A stretch of DNA of 64,000 nucleotides from Eledone cirrhosa. Taxonomy: Eukaryota. The stretch spans positions 44,950,001 through 45,014,000 of the forward strand of contig OZ024746.1 of assembly GCA_964016885.1 (NCBI GenBank), written 5' to 3'. A model generated the notes under the pieces. The model was not told the DNA's origin. It saw nothing but the letters and a program-made list of their open reading frames with translations, and made no database searches. This document shows, one piece after another, positions 1 to 13,442 of the stretch. How positions within the stretch are numbered: the first letter of the stretch is position 1; every line of letters begins with the position of its first letter. The position numbers were made by a program, and so were the translations under genes.

Positions 1-1440
1 TGCTCGAGAAGCGGGCCCCTACGCTTCGAGGTTCGTAGATGTTGTCGGAGAGATATGATGCGACATTCAAACGTTATCTGGACTGATGTTAGGCCTCTGC
101 CTCCCTGCTTACGTTTCAAGTAAAGGCGGTCTATGTCACTGTTGATGTGGAAGTTTTCGGTGTTGTTCAGTATTTTTCGAGTTCCAACATCAACTGCTCG
201 GATTTCGTCTATCGTCCAATTGAGTATTCCAAACGTTGGTGTTAGGACAGGCACAGCAAACACATTGTGAGCCACTGTTTTGTTTTGCGCAAAGAGTTCC
301 GATGACCAGATCTTTCTTAATCGGGTGTAGTATTCCCTGGTTACACGTTCTTTATTACAGATACCATTATAGGATATGTTCTCATCTATCCCCAGGTATC
401 TGTAGCAGTCCTCATCAGATATTGGTGAAAGAGTTAGACCATTGATGACAACGTTGTTAGATTGGGTTGTTGTTTTTCCCCGCTTTACAGTCATGTATGA
501 GCATTTATCTTGGCCAAACTCCATTCCTATATACTTTGAGAACGTTGTAAACAGGTCAAGATTTTTCTTCATCCCATCCATGTTCTTGGCATAGAATTTC
601 AGATAGTCCACAAAGAAGTTATGGGTTAGGTTCGTATTTCTGTCCTCCTGTGAGCCAATGATGTATCCCTCACATTTCTTGAGCAGAAAGGACAATGGGT
701 TTAATGACAAGATGAATAATATCACAGAGAGACTGTCCCCCTGAAATATAACCATGCAATATTTTATTTTATCAGTGAAAATAGAGTCCTCCCTCTCTGT
801 CTTTAACCTTAGGATAGTAGTCCAAGAAGAAGACAGCCTCTCTATGGCTCTGACAATAATGTCTGGGACTTTAGCAAGTTGGAGGGCCTCTATTATCCAA
901 GGATGGGGAACAGAATCCAAAGCTTTCTTGTAGTCCAGCCCGACTCTAGTCATATTCCTCCTAAGTTGTCTCACCTCTGACATCGCAGTTTTGTTGATTA
1001 GGAGTTGTTCAGCACATCCCCAAACCCCTTTATTTCCAACTGCTTGTTCATCTGTGATGATGTTATTATTTTCACAATGATCTAGGTTCAGGCAGGCTGT
1101 ATACATCTTATACATCAGGTTCTGGCATGCGATGGGTCGGTAGTTTTTTGCCAAGTGGGTGTCTTTGTTCTTGGGGACCAGTAACGTTTGTGCTAATGTC
1201 AACCATTCTGGTATAAGTGTATCTCCCTGAAGAACTTGTTGGTCGAGGTCAGTAAGATACCTCCGATAGAATATTAGTTTTTTGTACCAGTAGCCGACAA
1301 TCGTGTCTCTTCCTGGTGTTTTCTTATCTTGGAGTTTTTCTATCACAGTCTCAAGGGTACCCTTACTTATTTCGTATGTTTTTGTTGTAGTGTAGGCGCT
1401 ATAGTTCTTTCGGATTTCTCTGAGCCACACTGCATCTTGG
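1..1440 (-). mobile_element. R4/Dong-like non-LTR retrotransposon, degraded RT region (runs off the window start)
   Basis: Minus-strand translation gives RT motifs in order: AKNYRPIACQNLMYKMY, WGCAEQLLINK, LDYKKALDSVPHPW, IFQGDSLSVILFILSLNPLS, THNFFVDYLKFYA, GMEFGQDKC. Stops and frameshifts present. Homologous to 31430-31880. Confidence 0.9.
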
Positions 1441-1446
1441 TTGAAA

Positions 1447-1511
1447 TATGTTTGTATGTATGTATGTATGTATGTATGTATGTATGTATGTATGTATGTA
1501 TGTATGTATGT
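1447..1511. repeat. (TATG)n microsatellite at the 5' side of the R4-like copy
   Basis: Direct tetranucleotide array. Confidence 0.95.
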
Positions 1512-1945
1512 ATAGGGATCTGTTTACATTCCTGTAAGATTTGAATTCAAATATCATTTCGAAGATAAGAGTCCGGAATATTTTTTTCTCTGAGAGTTCC
1601 TAATAATCTGAGGAAAGGAACTTTCAGCTCTGAAATATTAGGACGAAAGAAACAAATAAAATAAAATGAAATAAAATAAAATAAAATAAAAATAAAGATT
1701 ACCTTGTAACTAACTTTGTCTTCATCTTCTCATCCATTTTTGCTAAATAGAATTCAAAGAATTATCAACGAGGTGCTACATCCTTCTTAAAATGGTTATT
1801 AAAATCGTTACGTGGTAATCTTTGTTTTGGTTTTTTGGTGTTGTTCTTTTTTCTGTCTAATATTTCGAGATCTAAAAGTCCATTCTCTGGGGTCTAAGGA
1901 ACGCTCGGAAGATAATGTTCCTATTTCCACTTTTTGGGATTAAAT

Positions 1946-2073
1946 TGTGGGCTCCTGCAATGCTACCGTGGGCCCCCTCGGGCTCACTGGCCATTGGGAA
2001 ACTTGGCAAGCTGGCCAGTCGGCCACTGTATATATATATATAGGGACCCACGGTAGCATTGCAGGAGCCCACA
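1946..2073. mobile_element. Inverted repeat around a short TA run; hAT-like MITE terminus
   Basis: TGTGGGCTCCTGCAATGCTACCGTGGG pairs with CCCACGGTAGCATTGCAGGAGCCCACA. Terminus CCAGTCGGCCACTG (2015-2028) resembles CCAGTCCACCACTA at about 2786-2799. Confidence 0.55.
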
Positions 2074-2184
2074 GAAGCATTGCAGGATCTACCGTAGTAT
2101 TTTAGTGGCCCATGCTTGCTTAGCTTTCAAAAAATACCTGAAGTCTAAGAGAAAGAAAGTTTATGGAACACCCAAATGATTTAG

Positions 2185-2639
2185 AAGTCGACCTTAAGTA
2201 GGAGCAATAACATTAAGAAAGACATGAATACACCACATCATTTTGTTTTTAAAATTTTGGAAGTAGGTTTATAAGTATGAATTTTCATAAGATTTTCGTA
2301 GTTGTCTCCCTGGCCTATTGTTAGGTACTAGAGACGGTGGCGATCCAGGCATTGCGTTCAATCCTGGTCGAGAGGTACATGTAGTCATTTTCAGTTTTTA
2401 TTTTACAATCCATAGAAGAAAAAAACAGAAAAGGTTTACCGGGAGCCCTACTACCGTCCAGGATCGAACCTCAGACCAGGATAACCACCGTCTATGATTC
2501 TTCGAACTAGGCCAACGAGACAACTACGAAATTGTAATGAAAATTAATAATTATAAACCTACTTTCAAAATCAAAGTTAAAAAGATGTGGTTTCGTTCAT
2601 GGCTTTCCTAGAGCTAATAGTAATATTTAGGGTCGACTT
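2185..2639. mobile_element. Old fold-back (MITE-like) element with a tRNA-like A/B-box head in each arm
   Basis: Diverged inverted arms (AAGTCGACC...GAAGTAGGTTTATAA...TTTCGTAGTTGTCTC versus GAGACAACTACGAAA...TTATAAACCTACTTTC...GGTCGACTT). Left arm has TGGCCTATTGTTAGG and GTTCAATCC on +; right arm has TGGCCTAGTTCG and GGTTCGATCC on -. Confidence 0.7.
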
Positions 2640-2793
2640 GTCAATCTTCTGGCTTATTATTCCTATGTGTGTTTAACTGTTGAATTACTTTAATTGAGGT
2701 CCCCAACTGTAGTATTTTAGAGGTCAATGCTAGCATTCTATATGTAGGTGGGCCCTCTTCATCTGGCAACCAATATTTTTAGACCCAGTCCAC

Positions 2794-2833
<40 letters not shown>

Positions 2834-2876
2834 AAGATCGAAGGCCACATTCAGTTGATTCAGGTTTATTTAAAAC

Positions 2877-2936
2877 TCCGTTATACATATTTCACTGAGG
2901 ACTACCAATTGTGATAGTCTGAGTTCTTCAGGTGGA
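2877..2936 (-). ncRNA. Minimal type I hammerhead ribozyme motif in a PLE-like 3' end next to (TA)n
   Basis: Minus strand: TCCAC CTGAAGA ACTCAGACTATC-ACAATT-GGTAGTCCTCAGT GAAAT ATGT ATA ACGGA. Core intact, stem I imperfect. Confidence 0.65.
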
Positions 2937-4811
2937 AAAACCTAAAATAAACATAGAAACCACTAAAATAGAAATAAGAAACCACTAAATTTGGAAAGAT
3001 CTAATAATTTCCCCGAAAAAATATTTTCTTTTCATAATACAGTGGGCCAGCCGAATGCGTGGTGTTGTTGATTCGATAATCGTCCCCTGTATGAGCAGAA
3101 AAGTTTTGGCGGAAGTGCTGGTCAGTTTAGAATATAACGAAAACAGTTGGTAGACCTTCTGCCTCCCCTCTGTATCATTAGCTGTTGTAGTAGTCGTCTC
3201 GGCGGCTGCTATAATAGTAATCACAACCAACTCCTTCCAGCCCATATTGTCCACAGGTCTGCAACTATTGTGAATATTATAACTGATACCAAAATTAAAT
3301 ATATAAGAGATAGATTAAAATACAATAAATAAGCTAATCAATTAAGAACAAGAGGAAAGGTTATATTAGAGAGGATATATATGTGGGAAAGAAATGATTA
3401 TATTTATAATGGAAAAAAATTGCAGAGTGAGATACATGAGGATGAATAAGAGATAAAGTTAAAGATTGATTTAATTAGGGTTAGTGCAGAGTCATTCAGT
3501 AGAAGATAGAAGAACAACCTATACAGCAATATACGAGATAAACAGATATAGTGTATACAAAGAAAATGATAAGTACATATAATACAATAATAGAAAAATA
3601 CGGGGTCCGTACAAGTTTATCCAAAACAGCAATACAGGTGTCCGACTCTAAAATGAGTGTTGGGAAGATAAATAGAGCAACATATGGAAATTAACGTTAA
3701 AATAGGGGCTGAGATAGAGTTCAAAGTGTTCCTAGAGAGATTTCAGCTGGTCTGTCAGCTTCTGTGCATTAGGTGGGGAGGGGATAAGGTCTACTCGTAG
3801 GTGTTCTTATTCCTTGGATAGCCGCTGGTTAAATTCCATAAAGTTTGTCCGTGGTGAGGGGAAGTTGTTATCCTGAATGTTTCGCTAGTCCATAGGGATG
3901 AGGTGGGTCCTCGGGTTAGCTCTGGTAATAAAAATGGAGTGATAGCTGGTTAACATTTAAAACATGTAAATGGATATAGTAATCTCTAAGACTAGTTGAA
4001 GTATTAATAACCTGACCCAGTCTGTTATAACAAAACTGTAATGAAATGTGTGTTGAACATGAGTAGAAATAATATACAGATTATACATTTCTCGTAAATT
4101 TCCATAAATATGCAGCTACAATACATATATTGTAATGTATCAACGAGGCTCTTAGATACATTTTGATAAAATAAAAATGGAGGGAGATTGATATCTGCCC
4201 CAAAAAGACGAGACGAAATGTATCCGAATACAAAAAAAGCACAAAACGAAAAATAATATCTGAAGAAAACAATAGATTTAACGATAGTAAAAATAACCAA
4301 ACATATTTACAGGTGACATAATAAATATGTTTCCGATTAAGCTACCTGTAACATAACAAACATTTCCAAAATGTGTACACGCAGAAAACAATTAAATGTA
4401 TAAAATAACAATTAAATATATAAAATAACAATTGAATGCATGACATCAGGAAATCATTTTTTAAGAACATGATAAACACAATGCGCGTAGAACCAATATG
4501 ATTTTATCCGAATCCGGTAAAACATTGGCTAGACGTTTGTAGCATATATACAAATATAATACAAATACAAAATAGAACAACAAATCTCTTTCTAAAGTTG
4601 TTCAGATAAGGATAAATTTTGGTAAACTTATTTTATCTCTGCCCCAAAAGGAGGAACTGGATAAAGTCGACCGGCTCCATATGGAGGGTGTCGTAAGTCA
4701 CAAAAAACAAAATTGAGTCTTTTTCTTTTTAACCCCAAAATGGGTTTAAACCGGTAAATAGAGACCTACCTTCAGAGCAAGGTTCAAACAAGTGCTGTCG
4801 TTTTGAAATCC

Positions 4812-5025
4812 ATAATCATGATTTCTACTATAGGCACAAGGCCAACAATTTCGTAGTGAGGGGAAAGTCGATTAAATCGACCCCAGTGCGTTACTGGTAC
4901 TTTATGTTATCAACCCCGTAAGGATGAAAGACAAAGTTGATTCATATCTGAATCGGCGGGATTTGAAATTAGAACGTAAAGGGACGTAACCTAATGCCGC
5001 GAAGCATGGTGTCTAATCCTCTATT
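4812..5025 (-). mobile_element. tRNA-derived Nin/Deu-domain SINE (older copy)
   Basis: Contains ACTGGTACTTTATGTTATCAACCCCGTAAGGATGAAAG and a B-box-like GGGATTTGAAA; homologous to the other copies. Confidence 0.85.
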
Positions 5026-6574
5026 ATAATAGTAATAATAATTTCTTTACTAACCACAAAGGTTTTACATTAAGAAAACATGAGGACGACGCAAAATGAA
5101 AACAGAATTGTATATCTGTGTGTCTGAGTGTTGGCTTATGGGTTTTGCGTGTATACAGGTATAACAATACTAAAAAGAAAGGTAACAACGAAAATTGTAA
5201 CAATGGAAAATTCCCTAATAGAGAGAACTTGTTCGAGGGTCACTCATTGAAAAAAAAAACATGAAACCGCTGGTGCCTGATCTCTCGGGTAATGCCCTGT
5301 CTACGTTGTCCTCCTCCAATCTAGAGGCGCACACTTAGAGCGGGCCCATTTACTCGGGCAATGCTCAACTCCAACCCATCTCACAAAAAATGTCTGGAAG
5401 GCAGCATTTTCCTCTCTAGCCTGATTTTCTTCTTCACGGAAGAGGAATTGCTTGTTTTCAACTCTTTCATCCATCTTCACACTACAAACTGTTTTGCAAA
5501 TCAGATAAAAATAGTTTGCCCTTTCTGTTTAAATGAAGGCGGTAGAACGATCTTCACAACGGACTCATCATCACCATTATGTTTACATTGTGCTACGATT
5601 AAGTGACTATCATACATCTATGTTAGAGCTAACCCATTGTGTTGCTAAACTCCCCATATGAGCCGAGTGTGCCTCAAGTGGATTACACTGAATTGTAAAC
5701 ATTTGAATGAATTCCCTGGTCTGAGGATATATTCTTTTCGTTAAGTCATGAACAAGACGGACACTATTGATTGAAGATTCATGTCTCATGATATATGTGG
5801 GCGATGTGACTAAGAAGTTTTATCCATTCGTGATACGACTTTTAAGCTCAGTTGAATAGATATTACATTTTGCCTTAAAGCACATAGCATAATGATGGTA
5901 ATAAATATTACAACGAAACAAATACATACGAAATATATAAGCGAGATGTTCGTGAAGCATGCATCTCAATTTTATGAATACAAAGACGTTGGTAACAATA
6001 TTGAAGTGCTTAGAACAGAAATCGAAAACATCATAACAATTTACAATTGCACAAAGCTTATGCACCTGCTTCTGATTATTTTCTTCTGGGAGTATTTGTT
6101 CTACTTTATGACTTAAGCCTTTGACTGCTGCAGTGTGAGATAGCCTCTAGCATTATTATTGCTGTAGGCGTTGTTATTGTAAGTTATACTAATATTAGTA
6201 TTAGCGTTTCTCTTTTTAATATACAACATTGAATGACTACTTTCAAAGATATTTCTATTGTCTAACATATAAATACAAAGCATGTTTTGTGTTGTCGAAT
6301 AACACTGCATCCGAATACGGTTTCAGTTATCTGGAATAATTCTACAAAACTGATAGAAGCTGCTTACCATATTTTTATGATATTGTTTTGCTGTAAATGG
6401 CAATGGGATGGCTAACACTATGATGGAAGTTTAGCTTCCTTATCTGAGAATGTATCTGGAAAGCAAATTACAAAAGGTTATTGGGTGTTTCCATAGACTG
6501 CTTACAATAGCCTGTGTTGATATAATTTATTACATGCTTTCCTTAACAACAACAACAACGAAAACAACAATAAT

Positions 6575-6865
6575 GATAATGGTTTCTGATTTAGATGCAA
6601 GGTCAGCAATTTTGTGGGTAGAGGAACGTAAATTAAATCAACCTCAGTTCGTTACTGGTACTTTATTTTATTGTCCATGAAACAATAATAAGGATAATGG
6701 TTTCTGATTTAAGCACACGGCCAACAATTTCGGGGTGGGAAAAGATGATTAAATCGACACTAGTGCATTACTGGTACTTTATTCTATCGAACCCATAAGG
6801 ATGAAAGGAAAATCTAACCCCGACAGGATTATAACTCAGACCGTAAAGGGCCGTAACTCTATGCT
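6575..6865 (-). mobile_element. Two partial tandem copies of the same SINE
   Basis: ATAATGGTTTCTGATTT...ACTGGTACTTTATT occurs twice; the second copy extends to the B box region. Confidence 0.75.
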
Positions 6866-9800
6866 AATAGTTTATTTATTATGCTCAATGCTCTTAAATA
6901 TATACAAATATAATTTCATGCACGAGGATTACAAAAAAATGTAGGAATGGACATGCCAAAGTTAGATTAAGAGTAGGAGAGAATAAGGATGATGTTTCAT
7001 AATTGACATTAGAATTTTATGAAGCTTAAGCAATACAGAGAGAAAAATACATTAAAAAACTTAGAAATTAAATCAAATACAATTTTAACAGTAAAAACAG
7101 AATTCCGGGGCCCAAACCCATATAGTAGTGAAATCACATTAGTTATCTACAGCCCGAAAACGTATGTTAACTCGCTATATTATAGTTTTGTACGCCTATA
7201 TTTCTGCAAGCATTTGTTACTTTGGATATGCGCAACATTCAAATACGTCTGTGAGTTATGGTTGACGTTCCATGTGATTTTCACGAACATCGGACTTATA
7301 TCTCTCAGAGAAGCTACTTAAACATCTGGAAGTATATTATGTTCACATATATGAAATATAGTTTGAACAATAGCTATTTCATCTAAAGAAAAACTCGAAT
7401 GGTGATATAAATGCTTTACTTCTTAACACAGGATTATGTGGCTTCTAAATGGAAGTAAAATATCTCTTTCACCAGAAACCCAAATAACTGTTGTTGGAAA
7501 TAGCTAAAATATCCATACACTGTGAGTGGTCATAAACCATAGATAATATCCCTAATAAAAGAGTATTAATGCATACTTAGAAGAATGATTATGACGTATC
7601 TAATAGTAACGAGAATAATTATTCATTACAGAAGGCACAGGGCCAAAAGTTGTAGAAGCGAAAATGGATAGTGCATAGCATTCAAGATATTTCAATGGTG
7701 ATATTTTCTTGTAAATTAAAAGGAATTGAATTCATTTGCCAATCAATATTGGCTAGAGAAAAGAAATCATTTCCATACTAATAATAATATTGATGAGAAT
7801 AAAATATGAAAAAACAAAATACGAATAAATGCTAGAGGACATGTCCAGCGATATACAAATGGTGGGTAATAACCATAACAAAGTTGAATATACTAATATT
7901 GGTTGCTGGCTTCAGTATTTGGAGAGAACATTAATAACGATAATTAATGTTGTTAATAAAACATAATAATAATGGTGTCGTAAATATGAAATTTCTTTGG
8001 GGAAACCAATGGCTATAATACTTAATGAATAAGTAAATGCTATAACTTTGGGAGATTAATGAAAGTCTATGTCGATAAATTTCAATTTATTGAGGTTAAC
8101 AAAATAGAATAAGATTGTAGCGGGAGAGAACTCCAAAGAATAAAACAGGTTTGTACTTGCATCAAGAATTAGTTCTACTTTTGTGGAGCGTTTTAATGTT
8201 TTATCAACCAATGATTATATTTGCACATTCGTAACTATTTTTAATTTCGTATTGTGGATCACCTGTTATATTCGGGCGAGAATAATTTGCAAATTATAGT
8301 CATGTGGTCGATGTCCGTTTGCTTATAAAGTGGATCGTAATTAGTTACTCTACACAAATAATAATTGCACAAATAATCTTTGAGAAACATTTTATTTGAA
8401 AATATTCATTCATCATTGAATTCTGAATATTCAAAAGAATATATTTTCATTTTCATTTCAAGACTTTAAACAATGTAATCACTATGGGTAGGAATGAATT
8501 TAGCAATAGTTAAATTTTGATTTATTTTCCTGTAGAAAAGTATTTACTGTTTCAAATTTACTACACAATCTACTGCAGAGACTGCCACAGCCTACATTTC
8601 GAAAGTATTTCTCAAATGTATAAATTCCTAATTTTCCCCACACAGCTTAAACTTACACTATACACATTCATATAAGAGAACATTTAAAATATATGTCATT
8701 TCCAGGAATCACCAATACCATATCAGGTTCTTCAATATCACATTTAAGCTAACCTTTATTCTATAGTAGTGCTCGACATATTCATAATTATCAGAATTTA
8801 TTCATTATATTTTATAATGAGTATTTGTGATATGTGGATCACATTCTATCTACATGAATATATATCTTTCTTTCAAAAAATTGTTTCTAGAGACACATAA
8901 TTATTTATGTTCCAATGAAACTAATCTTTATCATCTGCAAACAATTATTAATGATTAATTCTGCAAAATCAATTAATTGATAATGTTCATTTAATTATTA
9001 GCTACCATCAATAACTTTTATCTTTGATCACCATGTCCTTTCTTCTTTTGTTATTCATCTACGTTAAGTCAATAGACTTATATTTGGTCATAGCATTATA
9101 AATTTATTCTTGATTTGACAAACTTTGATGTCAACGTTTTACATCTAATACCAATTATGTTATATGGGCAACCAATTTATTAAAACATTTACATAGAGAT
9201 ATGACAAGTCTACAGATTACAGGATTTATATATTTCATAGGCCAAAATATTTGAATATTTAAAAAAAAATGTAAGAGACGTTGTTCAACATGTCAGCTTA
9301 TTACTGGAACATATTATTTGCCATGCTGTGCACGTCAAATGTAAATGTATTTAATTAACAACGACAAAATAAATCTCTTTATAGCTTTCCGAGCCTAACA
9401 TATCAGCTTATAAATGTAAACAATTTAACTCATTCCTCGAAAATTGGCAAGGAATTCATTAACTCTAATTTCGCTAGAACTCAATTTTTGAGAGTAACGT
9501 TAACCTTCCAACGATAATATTGTACTAGCATATTACTTAAGTTGATTTATTGAAAATGGCCTGTTATCACCTTTACAATTTAATCAAAATGAAGCATGTA
9601 AGTAGAACAGACGAGAGAATAAAATGCATATTGTATCTAATTTAAACTATTAATTACCATTATTTTGAAAATATATTTTCGGGCATATTTCATTTTAACC
9701 AGCTTTTTACAGCAGAATAAACAACAACTCATTAACGAATATCATTTGCAGGTTCTTATTAGTATCAGTTTGACATAATGTTAGGGTCATGTTAGGATAA

Positions 9801-11001
9801 GCTAAACTATAACAATATTTCATTATTTATATATAAAAGAGTAAAACTTTCTAAATTGCTTCACCTTTTGTGGCAACATAAAAGAAAATATCAGATATTT
9901 TAACGAAGAGTTCGTAATCTGATTCTGATACCATGTATCTATTATTCTGACCCACTCTGAAAGTATTAACTTATATACTTTCACCATTCCCTCCATATAA
10001 AATATAATATCGCACACTCCTACTGACAAAGCCGACATCAGCCACCCATAAACATTTCATAGGTATAGCAGACAAAATTTGTAAAGGCGATTGTATTGTA
10101 CGAAATATTAAATCGTCTGATTACCTCAGATAATTTAAAGTAAAGGCTTCAGATTATATTATTAAATGCCAAATACTAAAAGTAAAGGTAATTTTTTCTA
10201 CTAGTATAATCACATAGATACACAGTATTCAAATTACATATTGTATATAATTATAAAAAATACATCAGAGAATTATAGTCGTGTGTGATGGTACAGCAGA
10301 GCTGTTTCATTTTATATTTACTTTAGTAATATTTATTTCAGCCGATGCAGTATATTGTGTTATGTTATGATTTGTGTGTGAATTAAAATGCTAGAGAAAT
10401 GATATCAGTATTCTTGCGAATATTTGTTATTAGAATTACAGTTTACATGCTGATAACAAAAACATTCGATGGAAACGATTCTCCATTGGAATGAGATAAG
10501 ATGTTATTTGTAGGTATGTGAAGGAAACATATGGAATGAAATAAAGTTGAACATCACTGTATCAATGGCCAATCCATTTAACTCTCAAATTACATATTAC
10601 ATTGAGATGTTAACAGCTACATATATAAATGTATATTTACACGGCATATGAATTCGTAATTTAAATTTGGTTAAAATAGTGAAACGAATGTTTCCAATAT
10701 GTCTATTGCAGAGTTTATGCGTCACATCAAACGAATTGCTAAAAAACTATTACCAAGCGTTATCATTTCTTTGTGAGGCTACGAACTATTAATATAACAA
10801 CTATTATGATATTGAATTCCATAATAATTGTTAGATTTTACAAACTTATGATACGTTTGACATCGGCAAATGAGTTTTTTTAATATTTATGCACAACTAA
10901 TGAAACTGTTTAGTAAGATGGTTTGTCCAAGATACTGATTTTATGTATGTATGCATTTCCCTGAGCAAGTTATTTTTATTTCCCGCTTCTCTTTCTGCCA
11001 G

Positions 11002-11090
11002 GTTTTGCGACTAGAAAATATTATTGGCAACGGAAAGACCATTGGAATAATTGTTTCCTCGGTCAAGTTTGAGGAGTTTCACCCCACTTG
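11002..11090 (+). CDS. Candidate isolated internal exon of an unidentified host gene (VLRLENIIGNGKTIGIIVSSVKFEEFHPT)
   Basis: Polypyrimidine tract TTTATTTCCCGCTTCTCTTTCTGCCAG, then 89 nt open in only one frame, then the donor G|GTAAGT. Lies in non-repetitive sequence. Confidence 0.45.
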
Positions 11091-11543
11091 GTAAGTGAAT
11101 GAGATTTGGAATCTTGTTGAACGTTTTCATATGTATGCATGTATCATTGTATTATTTGTATATATTATATGCCATTAAACAAGCCAATTTTATTTCAATG
11201 CAATAACAATATAAAACATCCATATTCCATGGGTTCGACGGATAACACTGTGTCCTATATATAGTCTTAGTAAGTTATAATTCTCAGAAGTGTTACTGGA
11301 ACACAAAAGGTGCAACATTCACTTGTTAATAATAATAAATGACCAGAACCAGTGCAAAAGTGCGTTACAAAAGAAACACGTTTAATAGTATGCAAACGTG
11401 ATTATATAATCAATCTCCCTTCTTTCTTTAGACTGATTCTTTCTCCCTCTGACTTGCAAAATAAGGACTAAAAGTTAATTCTCTTTTTTGTTGTTCTTCT
11501 TCTGTCTCTAATTTCTCCATACACACAGATACCCCCCCCCCCC

Positions 11544-11593
<50 letters not shown>

Positions 11594-12548
11594 GTTATTA
11601 GGAGTATTCCAAAGCTTGGTAGAACAAGTTGTGAGGAAAGTACTCAACATACGTTAAGGTGACTCGACAGGTTGGTAGGGATTCTGTAGTGGAAACACGA
11701 ACAAACGAGGAGTGTAATCAAAGAAGAGAAATAGGACGAAGGTAAACACTTACAAAAGAATTTAATCCACGTATTTACAATTGTTTCATCAGAATTTCAG
11801 TCCATTATTGCTACACTATGTTATAATAGGCAATCAAGAAAGATACTGTGGCATCCGAATTTTCAAAATACAAAGTTGGAATGACCTTAGGAAATGAAAT
11901 AAGGGGTAGTAGTGTAAGATAGAGGAACAGAGAGAGAGAGAGGGGCAAAAGAGAGGGAGAGAGAGAGAGAGAGAGAGAGAAAAGGGATAGAGGAAGGGAG
12001 AGAAAGAGAAAGAGATAGTGTGGTGTGAGAGGATTTGTATAGGGAGGGGGAGGAGGGATGCGTGCTAAAAGTTGTGATGAGTAGAGGGAGAGAGAAGGAA
12101 GATAGAATTTTAAGAGGCATTTAGAAGTGGACAGGCGAAAGTCTTACCAGAGAACAGATGAAGGAAGAAAGTATTAAATTTCATATATAGTCTATTTTTA
12201 GGGGTGTAGAATTGTTATTTAGGGTAGAAAGATAGGTAGTGTTAGGATTTGGTTGAAGGTTTGAAGTGTGAGAATTTCGCTTTCAGTTTATGCTGGCAAA
12301 AAATTGACCTTTCAATTTTGTTGTTGAGTAGTTGGTGGCTTGAGCTTAGAATATGGAAGAGCTCATTATTACACAACGGGCACGTTTTCATCCCACTCCG
12401 GTATGGAGGAGCATGTGAGAGTTTGGTCCATTTAAGGGTGTATTGTCGGTTACTCCCTTTTAAGTGCCAAATTTTGTCGGCGAGAGTCGTTACGTAACGG
12501 TGTTGGTGGTGCTTTATTGCGTAACGATGCGTGTACCAACGAGTTTTG

Positions 12549-12854
12549 AAAACTCGTTGGTACACGCATCGTTACGCAATAAAGCACCACCAACACCGTT
12601 ACGTAACGACTCTCGCCGACAAAATTTGGCACTTAAAAGGGAGTAACCGACAATACACCCTTAAATGGACCAAATTCTCACATGCTCCTCCATACTGGAG
12701 TGGGATGAAAACGTGCCCGTTGTGTAATAATGAGCTCTTCCATATTCTAAGCTCAAGCCACCAACTACTCAACAACAAAATTGAAAGGTCAATTTTTTGC
12801 CAGCATAAACTGAAAGCGAAATTCTCACACTTCAAACCTTCAACCAAATCCTAA
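12549..12854 (+). pseudogene. PLE GIY-YIG endonuclease C-terminal fragment (mirror copy 12242-12547 on -)
   Basis: KTRWYTH...TTLADKIWHLK...YTLKW...CPLCNNELFHIL...LLNNKIE...CQHK resembles the PLE endonuclease C-terminus (FKxRxxNH, IWxLK, CxLCxxEK, LLNxxxE, CxH). Confidence 0.85.
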
Positions 12855-13218
12855 CACTACCTATCTTTCTACCCTAAATAACAATTCTACACCCCTAAAA
12901 ATAGACTATATATGAAATTTAATACTTTCTTCCTTCATCTGTTCTCTGGTAAGACTTTCGCCTGTCCACTTCCAAATGCCTCTTAAAATTCTATCTTCCT
13001 TCTCTCTCCCTCTACTCATCACAACTTTTAGCACACATCCCCCCTCCCCCTCCCTATACAAATCCTCTCACACCACACTATCTCTTTCTCTTTCTCTCCC
13101 TTCCTCTATCCCTTTTCTCTCTCTCTCTCTCTCCCTCTCTTTTGCTCCTCTCTCTCTCTCTGTTCCTCTATCTTACACTACTACCCCTTATTTCATTTCC
13201 TAAGGTCATTCCAACTTT

Positions 13219-13319
13219 GTATTTTGAAAATTCGGATGCCACAGTATCTTTCTTGATTGCCTATTATAACATAGTGTAGCAGTAATGGACTGAAATTCTG
13301 ATGAAACAATTGTAAATAC
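13219..13319 (+). ncRNA. Degenerate hammerhead motif with long stem II (mirror at 11771-11871 on -)
   Basis: GTATT TTGAAAA T-TCGGA...TCTGA-T GAAAC AATT GTA AATAC. Stem I GTATT/AATAC; palindromic stem III ACAATTGT; core reads TTGAAAA rather than CTGANGA. Confidence 0.6.
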
Positions 13320-13371
13320 GTGGATTAAATTCTTTTGTAAGTGTTTACCTTCTTCCTATTTCTCTTCTTTG

Positions 13372-13442
<71 letters not shown>

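Larger units (their letters stand above)
11590..13373. mobile_element. Penelope-like element 3' end as a near-perfect ~1.65 kb palindrome between (TA)n arrays
   Basis: Arms about 11717-12547 and 12549-13373 with centre GAGTTTT-G-AAAACTC (G12548). The ORF track shows mirror ORFs. Each arm has a GIY-YIG C-terminal fragment, a 3' region and an HHR-like motif. Confidence 0.9.

Noticed and set aside
7700-8040. Hydrophobic ~95-codon minus-strand reading with one TGA (possible numt or viral remnant)
   Set aside because: No recognisable motif. AT-rich DNA gives such I/L/F/Y-rich translations by chance.
8537-8605. Possible 69-nt exon after TTTTCCTGTAG
   Set aside because: Weak donor (GTATTT) and no recognisable peptide.
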